A stretch of DNA of 41,875 nucleotides from Octopus sinensis (GCF_006345805.1 NW_021835154.1:1-41875), one strand, 5' to 3'. Counted from the first letter of the stretch, positions 22,990 through 35,514 are shown. Notes: a model not told the origin generated them from the letters alone. Numbers and translations are program-made.

Positions 22990-23996
22990 TTTCACTCTTT
23001 AAGGAAGCTGACAAATACAAAAAAAAAAAGAAGCCATAGTACCTAACAACTATGAAGAAAAAGAAGAAACAACAAAAGCTGTAAAACAACTGAAATCCAA
23101 ACTAAAACTGGAACAGCAACGGATCATGATAAAACAATGGCAGGAAAATCCCCTTCATGGCAAATACTGGGTTACGCTAAACAGAAAAGAAATAGACAAA
23201 GCAAAATCCCAGCAATGGCTGAGAAGATCAAGACTCAAAGCAGAGACTGAAGGATTTTTAATTGCAGCACAAGACCAAAGCCTCCCCACCAGAAATGACA
23301 AAAAGCATGTAATGAAAAGAAATTCAACTTCAGAATGTTTGGAGATGGAGAAGAAACAATAAATCAATTTGTCTCTGGCTGCCCAGTCCTGGCTAAGGAG
23401 GAATATATTCAGACACGACAGAGTTGGATCCTATATACACTGGAAGCTATACCAACACTGTAGAATAACAACAGAAAAAAGTTGGTATAGCCACATGCCA
23501 GAATAGGTCACAGAAAATGAGAAAGCAACCATTCTATGGAATATGCCAATACATGCAGATAGAGAAATTAAGGCCAATGGGCCGGATATAGTTGTCAGAG
23601 ATCATCAAGAAAAAATTGCTTTCTAATCGATGTATCAATACCAACGGCTGACAATGTTTTTCTAAAAGAAACGGGGAAACTTTCAAAATACAAGACATAG
23701 AAACAGAGGTAACTCGAATGTGAAGTCTAAAAACAGAAACAGTTCCTATCATAGAAGACGCATTGGGTATGATAAAAAATTATTCAGACAAATACATAAC
23801 AAAAACACCAGGACTAACAAGTATATATTACATACAGAAAATAGCACTACAAGGTACCACACACATCCTACGTAAAATACTTTCAATACAGTGAAAATAA
23901 AGGTACCAGAATTAACCGCTGCACATGCCTAAGGCACACAAAGCTGCGATCGGTAGTGCAGTGAAAGCACGCGATGGAAATAAGGCTACTGAATTA
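22990..23996 (+). mobile_element. 3' part of an R4/Dong-like non-LTR retrotransposon (zinc knuckle and restriction-like endonuclease), frameshifted
   Basis: W..NPLHGKY, LKAETEGFLIAAQDQSL, degenerate SGCPVLAKEEY..RHDRVG, ANGPDIVVRD..IDVSIP (PD..D motif, about 23570-23645), IQKIALQGTTHILRKILSIQ*; ends directly in (TAA)n. Confidence 0.88.
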
Positions 23997-24138
23997 AAAA
24001 TAATAATAAAACAATAATAATAATAATAATAATATAATAATAATAATAATAAGAATAATAATAATAATAAAACAATAATAAAAATAATAATAATAATAAT
24101 ATAATAATAATAATATAATAATAATGATAATAATAATA

Positions 24139-24176
<38 letters not shown>

Positions 24177-24459
24177 TAAAACAATAATAATAATAATAAT
24201 AATAATATAATAATAATAATAATAATAATAATGATAATAATAATAATAATAATAATAATGATAATAATAATAATAATAATATAATAAAACAATAATAATA
24301 ATAATAATAATATAATAATAATACAAAACAATAATAATAATAATAATAATAATAAAATAATAATAATAATAATATAATATAATAATATAATGATAATAAA
24401 ACAATAATAATAATAATAAAACAATAATAATAATATAATAATAATAATAATAATAAAAC

Positions 24460-24492
<33 letters not shown>

Positions 24493-24520
24493 CAATAATA
24501 ATAATAATAATAATAAAACA

Positions 24521-24561
<41 letters not shown>

Positions 24562-24585
24562 CAATAATAATAATAATAATAAAAC

Positions 24586-24616
<31 letters not shown>

Positions 24617-24646
24617 TAATAATAATAATAATAATAATAATAAAAC

Positions 24647-24683
<37 letters not shown>

Positions 24684-24695
24684 TAATAATAATAA

Positions 24696-24726
<31 letters not shown>

Positions 24727-24824
24727 CAATAATAATAATAATAATAAAACAATAATAATAATAATAATAATAATAATATAATAATAATAAATAATATAAT
24801 AATAATAATAATAAAACAATAATA

Positions 24825-24897
<73 letters not shown>

Positions 24898-24898
24898 C

Positions 24899-24958
<60 letters not shown>
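23996..24958. repeat. About 960-bp imperfect (TAA)n array with recurring AAAAC/TATA interruptions
   Basis: Direct reading; explains the 300-418 aa I/L/Y ORFs in the track. Confidence 0.97.
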
Positions 24959-25487
24959 CCATTCTGTTATATAGACAAGTCCTGGATTTGACAGCGCAAA
25001 AAAGTGGCACGAACAGAAACCCGAAGGCATCGTCGAAAATGATAATGCAAAAATCTTATGGGATTTTATGATTCCGTGCGACCATGAGATAGCGAATAGG
25101 AAGCCAGACATAATGTTAATTGACAAAGAAAGCAAACGATGCTGGATCATAGATATAGCATGCCCCAAAAGGTATGCGATAAGGAAGAAGGAGAAGTCGA
25201 TAGATATGACAGGTTAGCTTGGGAGGTTAAGCAGTTGTGGTGGATGAAAAAGTGGTAGTAGTATCAATAACTGTCGGAGCCCTGGGAAAAGTGAGTAAAA
25301 ATTTTGAGAAGTACATGGAACAAATAAGGGCTGCAATAACAGTGGAGCACTTGCAGAAAACAGCACTGCTTGGAACCACTCGAATACTCCGGATGGTGCT
25401 CAAAAAATAAAGGGTGTTACCTTAGTTCACTGGTAGTGAACAGCTGACAGCGTAGTACATCTCAAGCGTTAGAAGCTGTGCAAAGGC

Positions 25488-25489
<2 letters not shown>
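24959..25489 (+). mobile_element. 3' fragment of a second, distinct R4/Dong-like element
   Basis: KWHEQKPEGIVENDNAKILWDFMIPCDHEIANRKPDIMLIDKESKRCWIIDIACP and VEHLQKTALLGTTRILRMVLKK*; bounded by (TAA)n both sides. Confidence 0.85.
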
Positions 25490-25531
<42 letters not shown>

Positions 25532-25560
25532 TAGTAATAGTAATAGTAATAGTAGTAGTA

Positions 25561-25593
<33 letters not shown>

Positions 25594-25622
25594 TAATAAT
25601 AATAATAATGATAGTAATAGTA

Positions 25623-25673
<51 letters not shown>

Positions 25674-25710
25674 GTAATAGTAATAGTAATAGTAATAATA
25701 ATAATAATAA
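25490..25710. repeat. (TAA)n/(TAGTAA)n array
   Basis: Direct reading. Confidence 0.95.
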
Positions 25711-25795
25711 CGTAAGAAATTCAGAAAATAGTACTCATAGGGACTGCTTACATCTCATAGGGACTGCTTATATAACTGCAAAGCAATCTTTATTC
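25711..25795 (+). mobile_element. Very short 3' tip of an R4/Dong-like element with an 18-bp internal duplication
   Basis: EIQKIVLIGTAYI; ctcatagggactgctta repeated twice. Confidence 0.55.
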
Positions 25796-25924
25796 ATATA
25801 TGGAAAGCGCATTTTCTATAACAATTCTTCTTACGAACTCAAGGTAGACCATTAAAACACAAATCCCTCTCAATGAACTAATTCTTCTCCCCAAAGCATG
25901 GCAGTTATCAACCATCCTATTCAT

Positions 25925-26530
25925 AATGGTTTCAAATTTTGGCACAAGGCCAGCAATTTCGAGGGGGTGGGTACCTCGATTTAATCAATCCTAGTGTTTA
26001 ACTGGTAGTTATTTTATCGACCCCGAAAGGATGAAAGACAAAGTCGACTCCGGCACGAGGATTTGAACTCAGAACGTATAAAGCTGGAAAGAATGTCCGC
26101 AGGAGTGGCTGTGTGGTAAGTAGCTTGCTAACCAACCACATGGTTCCGGGTTCCGTCCCACTGCGTGGCATCTTGGGCAAGTGTCTTCTACTATAGCCCC
26201 GGGCCGACCAATGCCTTGTGAGTGGATTTGGAATACGGAAACTGAAAGAAGCCTGTCGTATATATGTATATAAGTGTGTGTGTATATGTTTGTGTGTCTG
26301 TGTTTGTCCCCCTAGCATTGCTTGACAACCGATGCTGGTGTGTTTACGTCCCCGTAACTTAGCGGTTCGGCAAAAGAGACCGATAGAATAAGTACTGGGC
26401 TTACAAAGAATAAGTCCCGGGGTCGATTTGCTCGACTAAAAGGCGGTGCTCCAGCATGGCCGCAGTCAAATGACTGAAACAAGTAAAAGAGTAAAAGAGT
26501 AAAGTGTAAGCATTTTGTCGAATGCGCTAA
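25925..26530 (-). mobile_element. SINE family A copy split by an oppositely oriented SINE B
   Basis: A body 25925-26098 resumes at about 26504 (taagcattttgtcgaatgcgctaac). Confidence 0.8.
26099..26503 (+). mobile_element. SINE family B, full length, nested in SINE A
   Basis: Nearly identical to 13133-13541. Confidence 0.92.
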
Positions 26531-27404
26531 CAATTTTGAATTAAAACGATCAACAACAAACACAAAGTTTCGAGAGGGTTGTTAGATTCGACTCAACTTT
26601 CTACTTACATTCCCTAACTCTTGATCAACATCCGTATACTCATCCATCCATCCATCCGTCCGTCCGTACGTACGTACCTCCGTATATACACACGTTTCTA
26701 TCAGGCTGACAATCACTTAAACGTATCTCTTTATCTCTTACCTTCTTTCTTTAAAACTCTCCGCCCTTTTCAATCTGTCTCTCTCCCCTTCTCTCTCTCT
26801 CTCTCTCTCTCTGTCTATCTATAACCCCATCTGAATATATTTAATGAAGCCCACTCACCAAAAGTGTCATAAAGCTGAAATATCTTTAAGTGTCTACTTC
26901 TCGAGTTCTTTTATATATTTCCTCATTTTCTTTTTACAGTATTTCTTATCTGCGTGCTTCATTATTCTATGTATGTATGTGTGTGCTTGCGTGCGTACAA
27001 GTGTGCGTATGTGTATGTGCACGCGTTTGTGTGTACATTGATTAGGGGCGGAGTCCCTTGCCCAGTGGTGTGTCACCGTAAAGAAATCGTCTGGAATCCT
27101 GGAGACTCGGCTCATTAGTTTCTATGAACGATAATTAACTGACGATATTATGATTGGATATGTTATTGCTGTTGTTGTACGGTCTTAGCTATGCTCTATA
27201 ATCTAGCAAACCTATGATAAATGGCGTTCCAGTCACGACCATCACGTCTTCGTTGCAGTTTAAAACGAAGAAGCGTGACTTGCTGATGACTTAAACATTA
27301 TTTTTAATAGGTTTCTTGCTTCAGTTTTATCTCCCTCACCCTCTTTTCCTCTCTTCCTCCCTATCTCTCCCTATCACTTCTCCCCCTCCCTCTCTTTCTC
27401 AGTA

Positions 27405-27708
27405 TTGCTTTCAAATTTTGGCACAGGGCCAGCAACTTCGGGGGAGGGAAGAAGTCGATGACATCGATCACAGTGCTGAACTGGTTCTTATTTTATTGAT
27501 CCGAAAAGAATGAAAGTCAAAGTCGACTTCGGCGGAACTTGAACTCAGGACGTACCGGCAGACGAAATACCTATTTCTTTACTACCCACAAGGGGCTAAA
27601 CACAGAGAGGACAAACAAGGACAGACAAACGGTTAAAGTCGATTATATCGACCCCAGTGCGTAACTGGTACTTATTTAATCGACCCCGAAAGGATGAAAG
27701 GCAAAGTG
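27405..27708 (-). mobile_element. SINE family A, dimeric form (5' truncated)
   Basis: Two A bodies joined at aaagaaata-GGTATTTCG (27563-27571 on the minus strand). Confidence 0.85.
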
Positions 27709-27736
27709 TCAATTTGTTCCTGTTTTTATGAGTCTC

Positions 27737-27935
27737 ACTTACTCTTTACTCTCTTTTACTTTGTTTCAGTTATTTGACCGAGGCCATGCTGGAGCACCGC
27801 CTTGAGTCGAAGAAATCGACCCCCAGACTTATTCTTTGTTAGCCTAGTACTTATTCTATCGGTCTCTTTTGCCGAACTGCCAAGTTACGGGGACGTAAAC
27901 ACACCAGCATCGGTTGTCAAGCGATGTTAGAGGGA

Positions 27936-27981
<46 letters not shown>

Positions 27982-28154
27982 CATATATACGACGGGCTTC
28001 TTTCAGTTTCCGTCTACCAAATCCACTCACAATGCTTTGGTCGACCCGAGGCTGTAGTAGAAGACACTTGCCCAAGGTGCCACGCAGTGGGACTGAACCC
28101 AGAACCATGTGGTTGGTAAGTAAGCTACTTACCACACAGCCACACTCCTGCGCC
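27737..28154 (-). mobile_element. SINE family B, full length
   Basis: Reverse complement of B. Confidence 0.9.
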
Positions 28155-28460
28155 TTGAACTTTGAAATATGTGGTACATAAAATATCGTTCTAATCAAAC
28201 CGAAAATGTTAATTTATGTTCAACTTGTAATTGTTTAGCCCCAGATCGGCTCTTAACGGACAGATATATGATCAAAGACTTTCCAGATTTGATTCTTTAA
28301 TCTTCCTTTTCCCAGTCATAACGTACCTTGAGCTACATTCTCCAATGATGATAGGGTGTAACTGGAAGATTTAGCTACTTTTTGTTGCAGGTTGAACGAC
28401 TGGGCAAAAGGAGTCTTCGCTGACGTTTCCTGCAGCCTGTTCGTGGCGGCTACAGTATAC

Positions 28461-28877
28461 ATGTCTTTACTACCCACAAGGGGCTAAACATAGAGGGGAG
28501 AAACAAGGACAGACAAACAGATTAAGTCGATTACATCGACCCCAGTGCGAAACTGGTACTTTATTTATCGACCCCGAAAGGATGAAAGGCAAAGTCGAAC
28601 TCGGCGGAATTTGAACTCAGAACGTAACGACAGACGAAATACCTATTTCTTTACTACCCACAAGGGGCTAAACATAGAGAGGACAAACAAAGACAGACAA
28701 ACGGATTAAGTCGATTATATCGACCCCAGTGCGTAACTGGTACTTATTTAATCGACCCCGGAAGGATGAAAGGCAAAGTTGACCTCGGCGGAATTTGAAC
28801 TCAGAACGTAACGGCAGACGAAATACCATTAAGATGTTCGCACGGTGCGCTAACGTTCCTGCCAGCTCGCCGCCTTA
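28461..28877 (-). mobile_element. SINE family A dimer with 17-bp TSD
   Basis: TGGCGGCTACAGTATAC at 28444-28460 and 28878-28894; two near-identical bodies with a 184-bp period. Confidence 0.93.
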
Positions 28878-29356
28878 TGGCGGCTACAGTATACGTCACC
28901 GACATCAATTCAACCGTGGCATTTCACCGACCAATGATTTACAGGGTGAGTAAATTCCTTTACAAAAACAATTTGGTCGATTAAAACATTCACCGATGAC
29001 AAATTAATGATTAATTAGTATCATGATTTCAATAAAAGGTTTTAAAAATATATATATAAAAAAAAACTAATTACTTATTACTCACAAGATGTATTTTTAG
29101 AATATGGAAATATTGATAAAACTTTGAAAGGATTTTTAAAATGAAATTTTATGAGTAAAACCTCTTAAGTATGGAGCGATAGACTCATTAGGTTTATGAT
29201 TCACAAATGGTTTTATTGTTTTTGGCGGCATAGTCATGACAATGTCGACTCTTCACTGAAGGTTCTCTTACTAATGAGTGAATTGTTGCCTGACGATTCT
29301 AACACACAGCGTTGATGCTATTATACGTAGTTAACACACATACACATATAGAGGAG

Positions 29357-29663
29357 AACTGCATCGATTACGACGACGAGGGTCCCAGCTAATCCGATCA
29401 ACGGAACAGCCTGCTCGTGAAATTAACGAGCAAGTGGCTGAGCACTACACAGACACGTGTACCCTTAACGTAGTTATCAGAGAGATTCAGCGTTACACAC
29501 GGTGTAACAAGGCCGACCCTTTGAAATACAGGTACCACTCATTTTTGCCAGCTGAGTGGACTAGAGCATCGTGAAGTAAAGTGTCTTTTTTAGGACACAA
29601 CGCGTCGCCTGGAATTGAACTCACGATCGTGAGCCAAATTCCCGAACCACTAAGCCACGCGAC
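29357..29663 (-). mobile_element. Chimeric SINE: family C head plus tail X
   Basis: Head resembles 1533-1660 (gttgtgtcc..aagacactttacttcac..gctc.agtccactcagctg); tail matches 34520-34700. Confidence 0.8.
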
Positions 29664-29670
29664 TTTAAAC

Positions 29671-29920
29671 ATCTATTATATAAAATGCGTTCTGTCTGTC
29701 TTTGTGTATGTCTTCTAGGATCTCGGACATCCTCCATCCGATTGCACTCAAATTTGATATGGAGATACCTACGGTATCTTGAAAAAATTGCAAAAATCAA
29801 TTCCTGGCGAGAATGATCGATAAAGCCGTGGGAACGTGCATTTGTACGCGCAAGTACACCAGCTGTTGCGATCAACATTACGCGTACGCGAGAAAAATGC
29901 ACGTGCAGTTTGCGCAAAAA
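29671..29920 (+). mobile_element. Possible 5' end of a non-autonomous Helitron-like element
   Basis: atctattatataaaatgcgttctgtctgtc...ccgattgcactcaaatttg resembles the TC-start, (TGTC)-microsatellite, ccgat...aaattt layout of invertebrate non-autonomous Helitrons; no 3' CTRR end seen. Confidence 0.4.
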
Positions 29921-30752
29921 AACCGGCCTGTTTGGTGTCTCAAATTTACGTTAAATCAGTGTTTCTCAAAGGGGAGGCCTATGGGACGGTCGGACAAGTT
30001 GTTTTGAGAAAATTTGGTTTAAATGTTTGACAAGTTAGCACCGTCCATTGGACGGGGGTGGGGCGTTTTGCTCGTATACACATATTTAGTTAACAAATAT
30101 ATAGATAACATGTGTATATGTAGTTACCAATGAGATATATCAATTATTCGAATCAAAAACCACATCAAACTTATGTCCCCTAATACAAGTAGCGCATCCC
30201 CCTTTAAAAACAATGTTTCCAAGGATACACAATATTCGAACCTACAACGTTTCCAACTAGATATTCCTAGTTGAAAAGGGCAAATATGACAACAACAACA
30301 GACTAGAGAGAAAAAATCATATAACACACATTCAGGCAACACTAACACACATCTTAGTAGACGTGTCAAACTAATCTGCATCTTGCAAGGACGAGCACTT
30401 TGTTACCCTGCTTCACAAACACCGAGCTAGGAAGAAAATCATACACCGTTACGGAGTGACATTTATAGAGAAGCATTTAAAAAAAAAATACAAAGTAACA
30501 ATCCATATTATAACGCTGAAAATAGCCAATCAATAGAAGCTAGCATGTCATTAGCTTAATGCGGTTGCCGATTACAGAAGTTAAAAGGAGACAACATATT
30601 ACTCTAGAGAGACAAACCCTCATAAATCTAGAAACTTCCCCTCTCTAAAGACTAGCCGCAGGGACCGATTGACTATTGAAACTTTATTAAACCACCATCC
30701 TTCGCGCATGCCCCGTCGACTTCCCTGTAAGGTTAATCAATTAACGGAAAAA

Positions 30753-31040
<288 letters not shown>

Positions 31041-31930
31041 TTTAGTTTTTTGTGTAGTTTTCAGTATTGTTTCCTCGATCTTATAAATTTGTTTAATAAA
31101 CCTTTAATATTAAGTGGAAGATTCTGGAAGTATTGAAAACAACGTGTCCTTGACAGAATTAATTATTCATCTCTTAACCGAGTATAAAGATTAAAAAAAA
31201 TACATCAGCGGGAATTAAAAATCGCATTAACCAATAATGCAGTTGTCTACAACAACAACAACAACTACTACTACTACTACTACTACAACATGCGGACGCG
31301 CACACACACCTTACTGTAAACAGCGATTTCTATTGATAAACTTACGTACATGTATTATATACACACAAAACACACAATAGCGCACTCACATTATTGTACA
31401 TGCTATTATTTATAATTACCGAATGAAATATAAACGGATAGACATTTCTTACTGGTAGTCTTCTTCACCTACACTCACTCCCTCTCTCTCTCTCACACGC
31501 ACACACACACACTCACCTTTTATAAGTTTCAATGATAGAACTGTGGCCATTCTGGGGCACCGCTTTCAAAGGTTTTAGTCGATAATATCTATGTCTTCAG
31601 CACTTATTTAATCGATTTCTATCGAATGGCTAACTTAACATTTGACGTAAAGCAACAAAGATGGACATACCATTTTACACCAGAATGCACAAACGCAGAG
31701 GCATGCACACACACGCGCGCGCACACACATATACACACAGACACACACTCATGCAAACATACATTTAATAAACACTATGTTTAACTGCAGTGTTCTCTTT
31801 GTAGGACAAACCGAATAACAGCTCGACTAGTTTCATTTTGTTATTACTGGTTACTAGTGAGTGTCTTCGTTCAACTTAGAATGGAAGAAAGCATCTTACA
31901 ACTTCATATAACAAACGATAACACAATAAA

Positions 31931-32220
31931 CGTCGCTCTTTTCAAGCCTGGCCAGGTTCATGGGCCCGGTTTCCCGGTTTCTGTGGCGTATGTGTTGCCC
32001 CCAGCTGGACGGGACGCCGGTCCATCGCAGCGTTACTCGAGAAACAGGAAGAGAGAGTGAGAGAAAGTTGGGGCGAAAGAGTCCAACAGGGGTCGCCACC
32101 ACCCCTACCGCAGCCTCGTGGAGCTTTTAGGTGTTTTCACTCAATAAACACACACAACGCCCGGTCTAGGAATCGAAACCGCGATCCTCCGACCGCGAGT
32201 CCGCTGCCCTAACCACTGGG
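31931..32220 (-). mobile_element. SINE family D head plus tail Z
   Basis: Reverse complement cccagtggttagggcagcggactcgcgg...gtttcgattcc; tail gcgatggaccggcgtcccgtccag...agaaaccgggaaaccgggccc; about the same as 40289-40607. Confidence 0.88.
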
Positions 32221-32659
32221 ATCTTTTTAGTTTGACCGGCAGTTTTTAATATAATTTCTAGGTAACTAAAAAATTTTAAACTTCGTATGCTGGTAGAATG
32301 TGTTTATAAAACATCTTTTTCTCTTGGCTTTATTGAGAAAATTCTATAGTTTGTAAGATATTTGTTGTTTTCTTTTATTCAATTTCTGCAATTTCAACCA
32401 ATCAGTGACGTCTATTGCGGTAAAAAAACATTCTGTGCCGTATGAATATGTCCCGCGTTTAAGAAACAGATTGGGTTTATTTACATTTGTGAAGAAAAAA
32501 AGATACCTTTCCCTCACCCCTAACCCTAACCCTAACCCTAACTAATCCTAACCCTAAAAGAGATTGAAATGCAATAGATCGATTCTAGGGTCATAATTAT
32601 GGGTGACAATTTCATATGACACCGCTAGAAAAAACTGCCGTTCAAACCGAAAAGATCCC
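32218..32659. mobile_element. Non-autonomous TIR element (MITE) with internal (CCCTAA)n
   Basis: 30-bp TIRs GGGATCTTTTTAGTTTGACCGGCAGTTTTT / AAAAACTGCCGTTCAAACCGAAAAGATCCC; ccctaaccctaaccctaaccctaa at about 32518-32556; superfamily not determined. Confidence 0.85.
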
Positions 32660-32741
32660 AAAGATTAACTAATTACGTTTTCGGTTGTGTTTATGATTCC
32701 TGAAGTAATGTTGTTGAAACTTCAGTATCATTTCGGATGAA

Positions 32742-33362
32742 AGAGCGGCGAGATGACAGAATTGTTAGCAAGCCGGGAAAGCTGGTTAACGGCATTTCGC
32801 CTGCTTTTACTTCCTGTGTTCAAATTATGCTGATATCGACTTTGCCTTTTCTCTCCTTTCGGGAGTCGATAAAATAACTACCAGCTGAGCACAGGGTTCG
32901 ATGTAATCGACTTACTCCCGCTCCCGAAATTACTACCCTAGTGCCAAACTTTGAAACCAAGGAGATGGCATAATCGTTAGCACGCCAGGCATGCTTAACG
33001 GTATTTCGCCTGCCGTTACGTTGTGAGTTCAAATTCCGCCGAGGTCGACTTTGCCTTTCATCTTTCCGGGGTCGACAAAATAAGTACCAGTTACGCACTG
33101 ATGTCCATGTAATCGACTTAATACCTATATTTGTCCTTGTTTGTCCCCTCTGTGTTTAGCCCCTTGTGGGTAATAAAAAAATAGGTATTTCGCCTGTCTT
33201 TACGTTCTGAGTTCGTATTCCACCAAAGTCGACTTTGCCTTTCATCCTTTCGGGGTCGGTAAAATAAGTAAAATAAGTACCAGTCGAACACCGGGGTAAA
33301 TGTAATCGACTAGCCCCTCCCTTAAAATTGCTGGCCTCGTGCCAAAATTTGAAATCAATATT
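32742..33362 (+). mobile_element. SINE family A cluster: monomer followed by dimer
   Basis: Three A bodies; dimer junction aaaaaaata-GGTATTTCG at 33184-33192. Confidence 0.88.
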
Positions 33363-33512
33363 ATTTCCGATGAAATGAGTGCGAAGTGTATACAGAGCTG
33401 CAAAAAGCTTATTTATCAATAACAGAAAGACGTCATTTTTATGAATCACTTTAGCTGTGAAGTATATTTAAGATCAGACAACTTTGCACACAAATACATG
33501 ACTGATAACAAA

Positions 33513-33564
<52 letters not shown>

Positions 33565-34179
33565 TTTATATAATGATTTCATCAATTTAGTATCGCTAAT
33601 AAAACGATTTGTCGCTAAGAATTTTCTTTTAAGAAATATGTTGTGCGCCGACCAGTGTTATAAAGAGTTTGTTAAACTCTGCTGTGTAGCAAGCTAAACA
33701 TTCCCTTGTACCGAAAAAGGACAAATCAAGCGATGTGATTCGAACCATACCTTCAGCACTTTCAGGCCTGCTGATCTACCTATTGCAACACACCTAGTTT
33801 GGGCGACTGCTTTCCTGAAATGTTTCACTGTTTATCTGTTTTGAATAAACTTTGCGCTCACCACAAGCATCTCCACCTGTTTTCAAAGATAACGTGCCAG
33901 ACACACGCCGAGGAGAAAGAGAAGTTCAGTTGGAAAATAATAAATAAACAAAAATTATAATCCCACGCACGCACACGCAACTACACCATAGACACAAAAT
34001 ACAGATACATACTTAAAACGAAACACATACATTCGCATACACAAACACTTTGTAGGGCGCGACCACAGTAACTAAGAGTGAAACAGTTGTTAAATATAAA
34101 CACAAAGGTTAGCTGCGATTAACCCAGTTGGATAACCAATACGCAGCAACGGATGGACGGCAGCAGCTTTTATCTAGAT

Positions 34180-34905
34180 CAGGGGTACTCAACCACTTTT
34201 TCACTATGGACTCCTTTGATACTACTTTATTCAAGTGGACCCCCACAGCCATTCGATGTTTAAAAATTATTTTTAGAAAAATTCTTATTTTGTGTTTCAC
34301 ACATTAACTTCTGTAGGGTGGAGGTGCAATGGCCCAGTGGTTAGGGCAGCGGACTCGCGGTCATAGGATCGCTGTTTCGATTCCCAGACCGGGCGTTGTG
34401 AGTGTTTATTGAGCGAAAACACCTAAAGCTCCACGTGGCTCCGGCAGGGGATGGTGGTGATCCCTGCTGTACTCTTTCACCACAACTTTCTCTCACTCTT
34501 ACTTCCTGTTTCTGTTATAACTGTATTTCAAAGGGCCGGCCTTGATACTCTCTGTGTCACGCTGAATATCTCCGAGAACTACGTTAAGGGTACATGTGTC
34601 TGTGGAGTGCTCAGCCACTTACACGTTAATTTCACAAGCAGGCTGTTCCGTTGATCGGATCAACCGGAACCCTCGACGTCGTAACCCACGGAGTGCTTCC
34701 AACTTCTGTAGGCTGAACTTTGCAAAATTAGAGAAAAGAGTCTAGCTGTTTCTTGCAATAAATACTAATACATCTAACGCAAAATTGTTTCAGGAGCCCT
34801 TAAAATACTACTGTAGATCCCTAATTTACTGTTTTGTTGCATGGACCGCCCCCAAATTCTTATATGGTCGCTCAGGGGACATATGGACCCCGGTAGAGAA
34901 CACTG
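34180..34905. mobile_element. hAT-superfamily MITE with 8-bp TSD
   Basis: TIRs CAGGGGTACTCAACC / GGTAGAGAACACTG; ATCTAGAT duplicated at 34172-34179 and 34906-34913 (NTCTAGAN is the known Charlie-type hAT target preference). Confidence 0.9.
34328..34700 (+). mobile_element. SINE family D head plus tail X, nested in the hAT MITE, 12-bp TSD
   Basis: AACTTCTGTAGG at 34316-34327 and 34701-34712. Confidence 0.92.
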
Positions 34906-35190
34906 ATCTAGATGCAAATGTCCCAACAAAGGTTGGATCTGTAAAAAGCTGTGAATTCACCACGACGGTGTTCATACAAGACGCAATAAAGAATCCTTTG
35001 GATAAACCCTGCTTCCATCTCTGGATTAAATAGATCTAGCTCCATCCTCTTTCCAGCTGTCACGTTTTTGTTTCGCTGGTTCAAGAGTTTGTGTTTGAGG
35101 GTCGAGAAGAATGTTGGTATGTCCTCGCATGAAATATTGGAGTGAAAGCATGATAGATGAGAACGGGCGTCTTTTTCCTGCTACCAACAG

Positions 35191-35237
<47 letters not shown>

Positions 35238-35474
35238 GTGTGTGAGAGTACAGACGGATGAAGTTGGTGATGGACTATGTCGCTACTCAGAGTTTATATC
35301 TGAATGCAATTCTGAGAACGTAAAACTATAGTTACTCTATAATACCTATTGAGCGTACTTTCTCTCGTACGTTAAACGAAATACATACGTACGTACACAC
35401 AGGCACACACACACACACACACACACAGGCACACACACACACACACACGCACACACACACAACACACAGGCACA

Positions 35475-35514
<40 letters not shown>

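Noticed and set aside
23912-25168. 418-, 338- and 304-aa ORFs
   Set aside because: Reverse reading of the (TAA)n array
27042-27055. GC box GGGGCGGAGT
   Set aside because: Single short motif without supporting promoter context
27563-28877. CRISPR-like or ribozyme-containing (retrozyme) interpretation of the 184-bp SINE A tandem unit
   Set aside because: No unique spacers, and I find no hammerhead core on either strand of the unit
32518-32556. True telomere or chromosome-fusion site
   Set aside because: Only about 6 units, and they lie inside a TIR-bounded element
33735-33850. Minus-strand micro-exon candidates (15 nt and 64 nt with AG/GT)
   Set aside because: Peptides uninformative and sites could be chance; cannot be supported without RNA data
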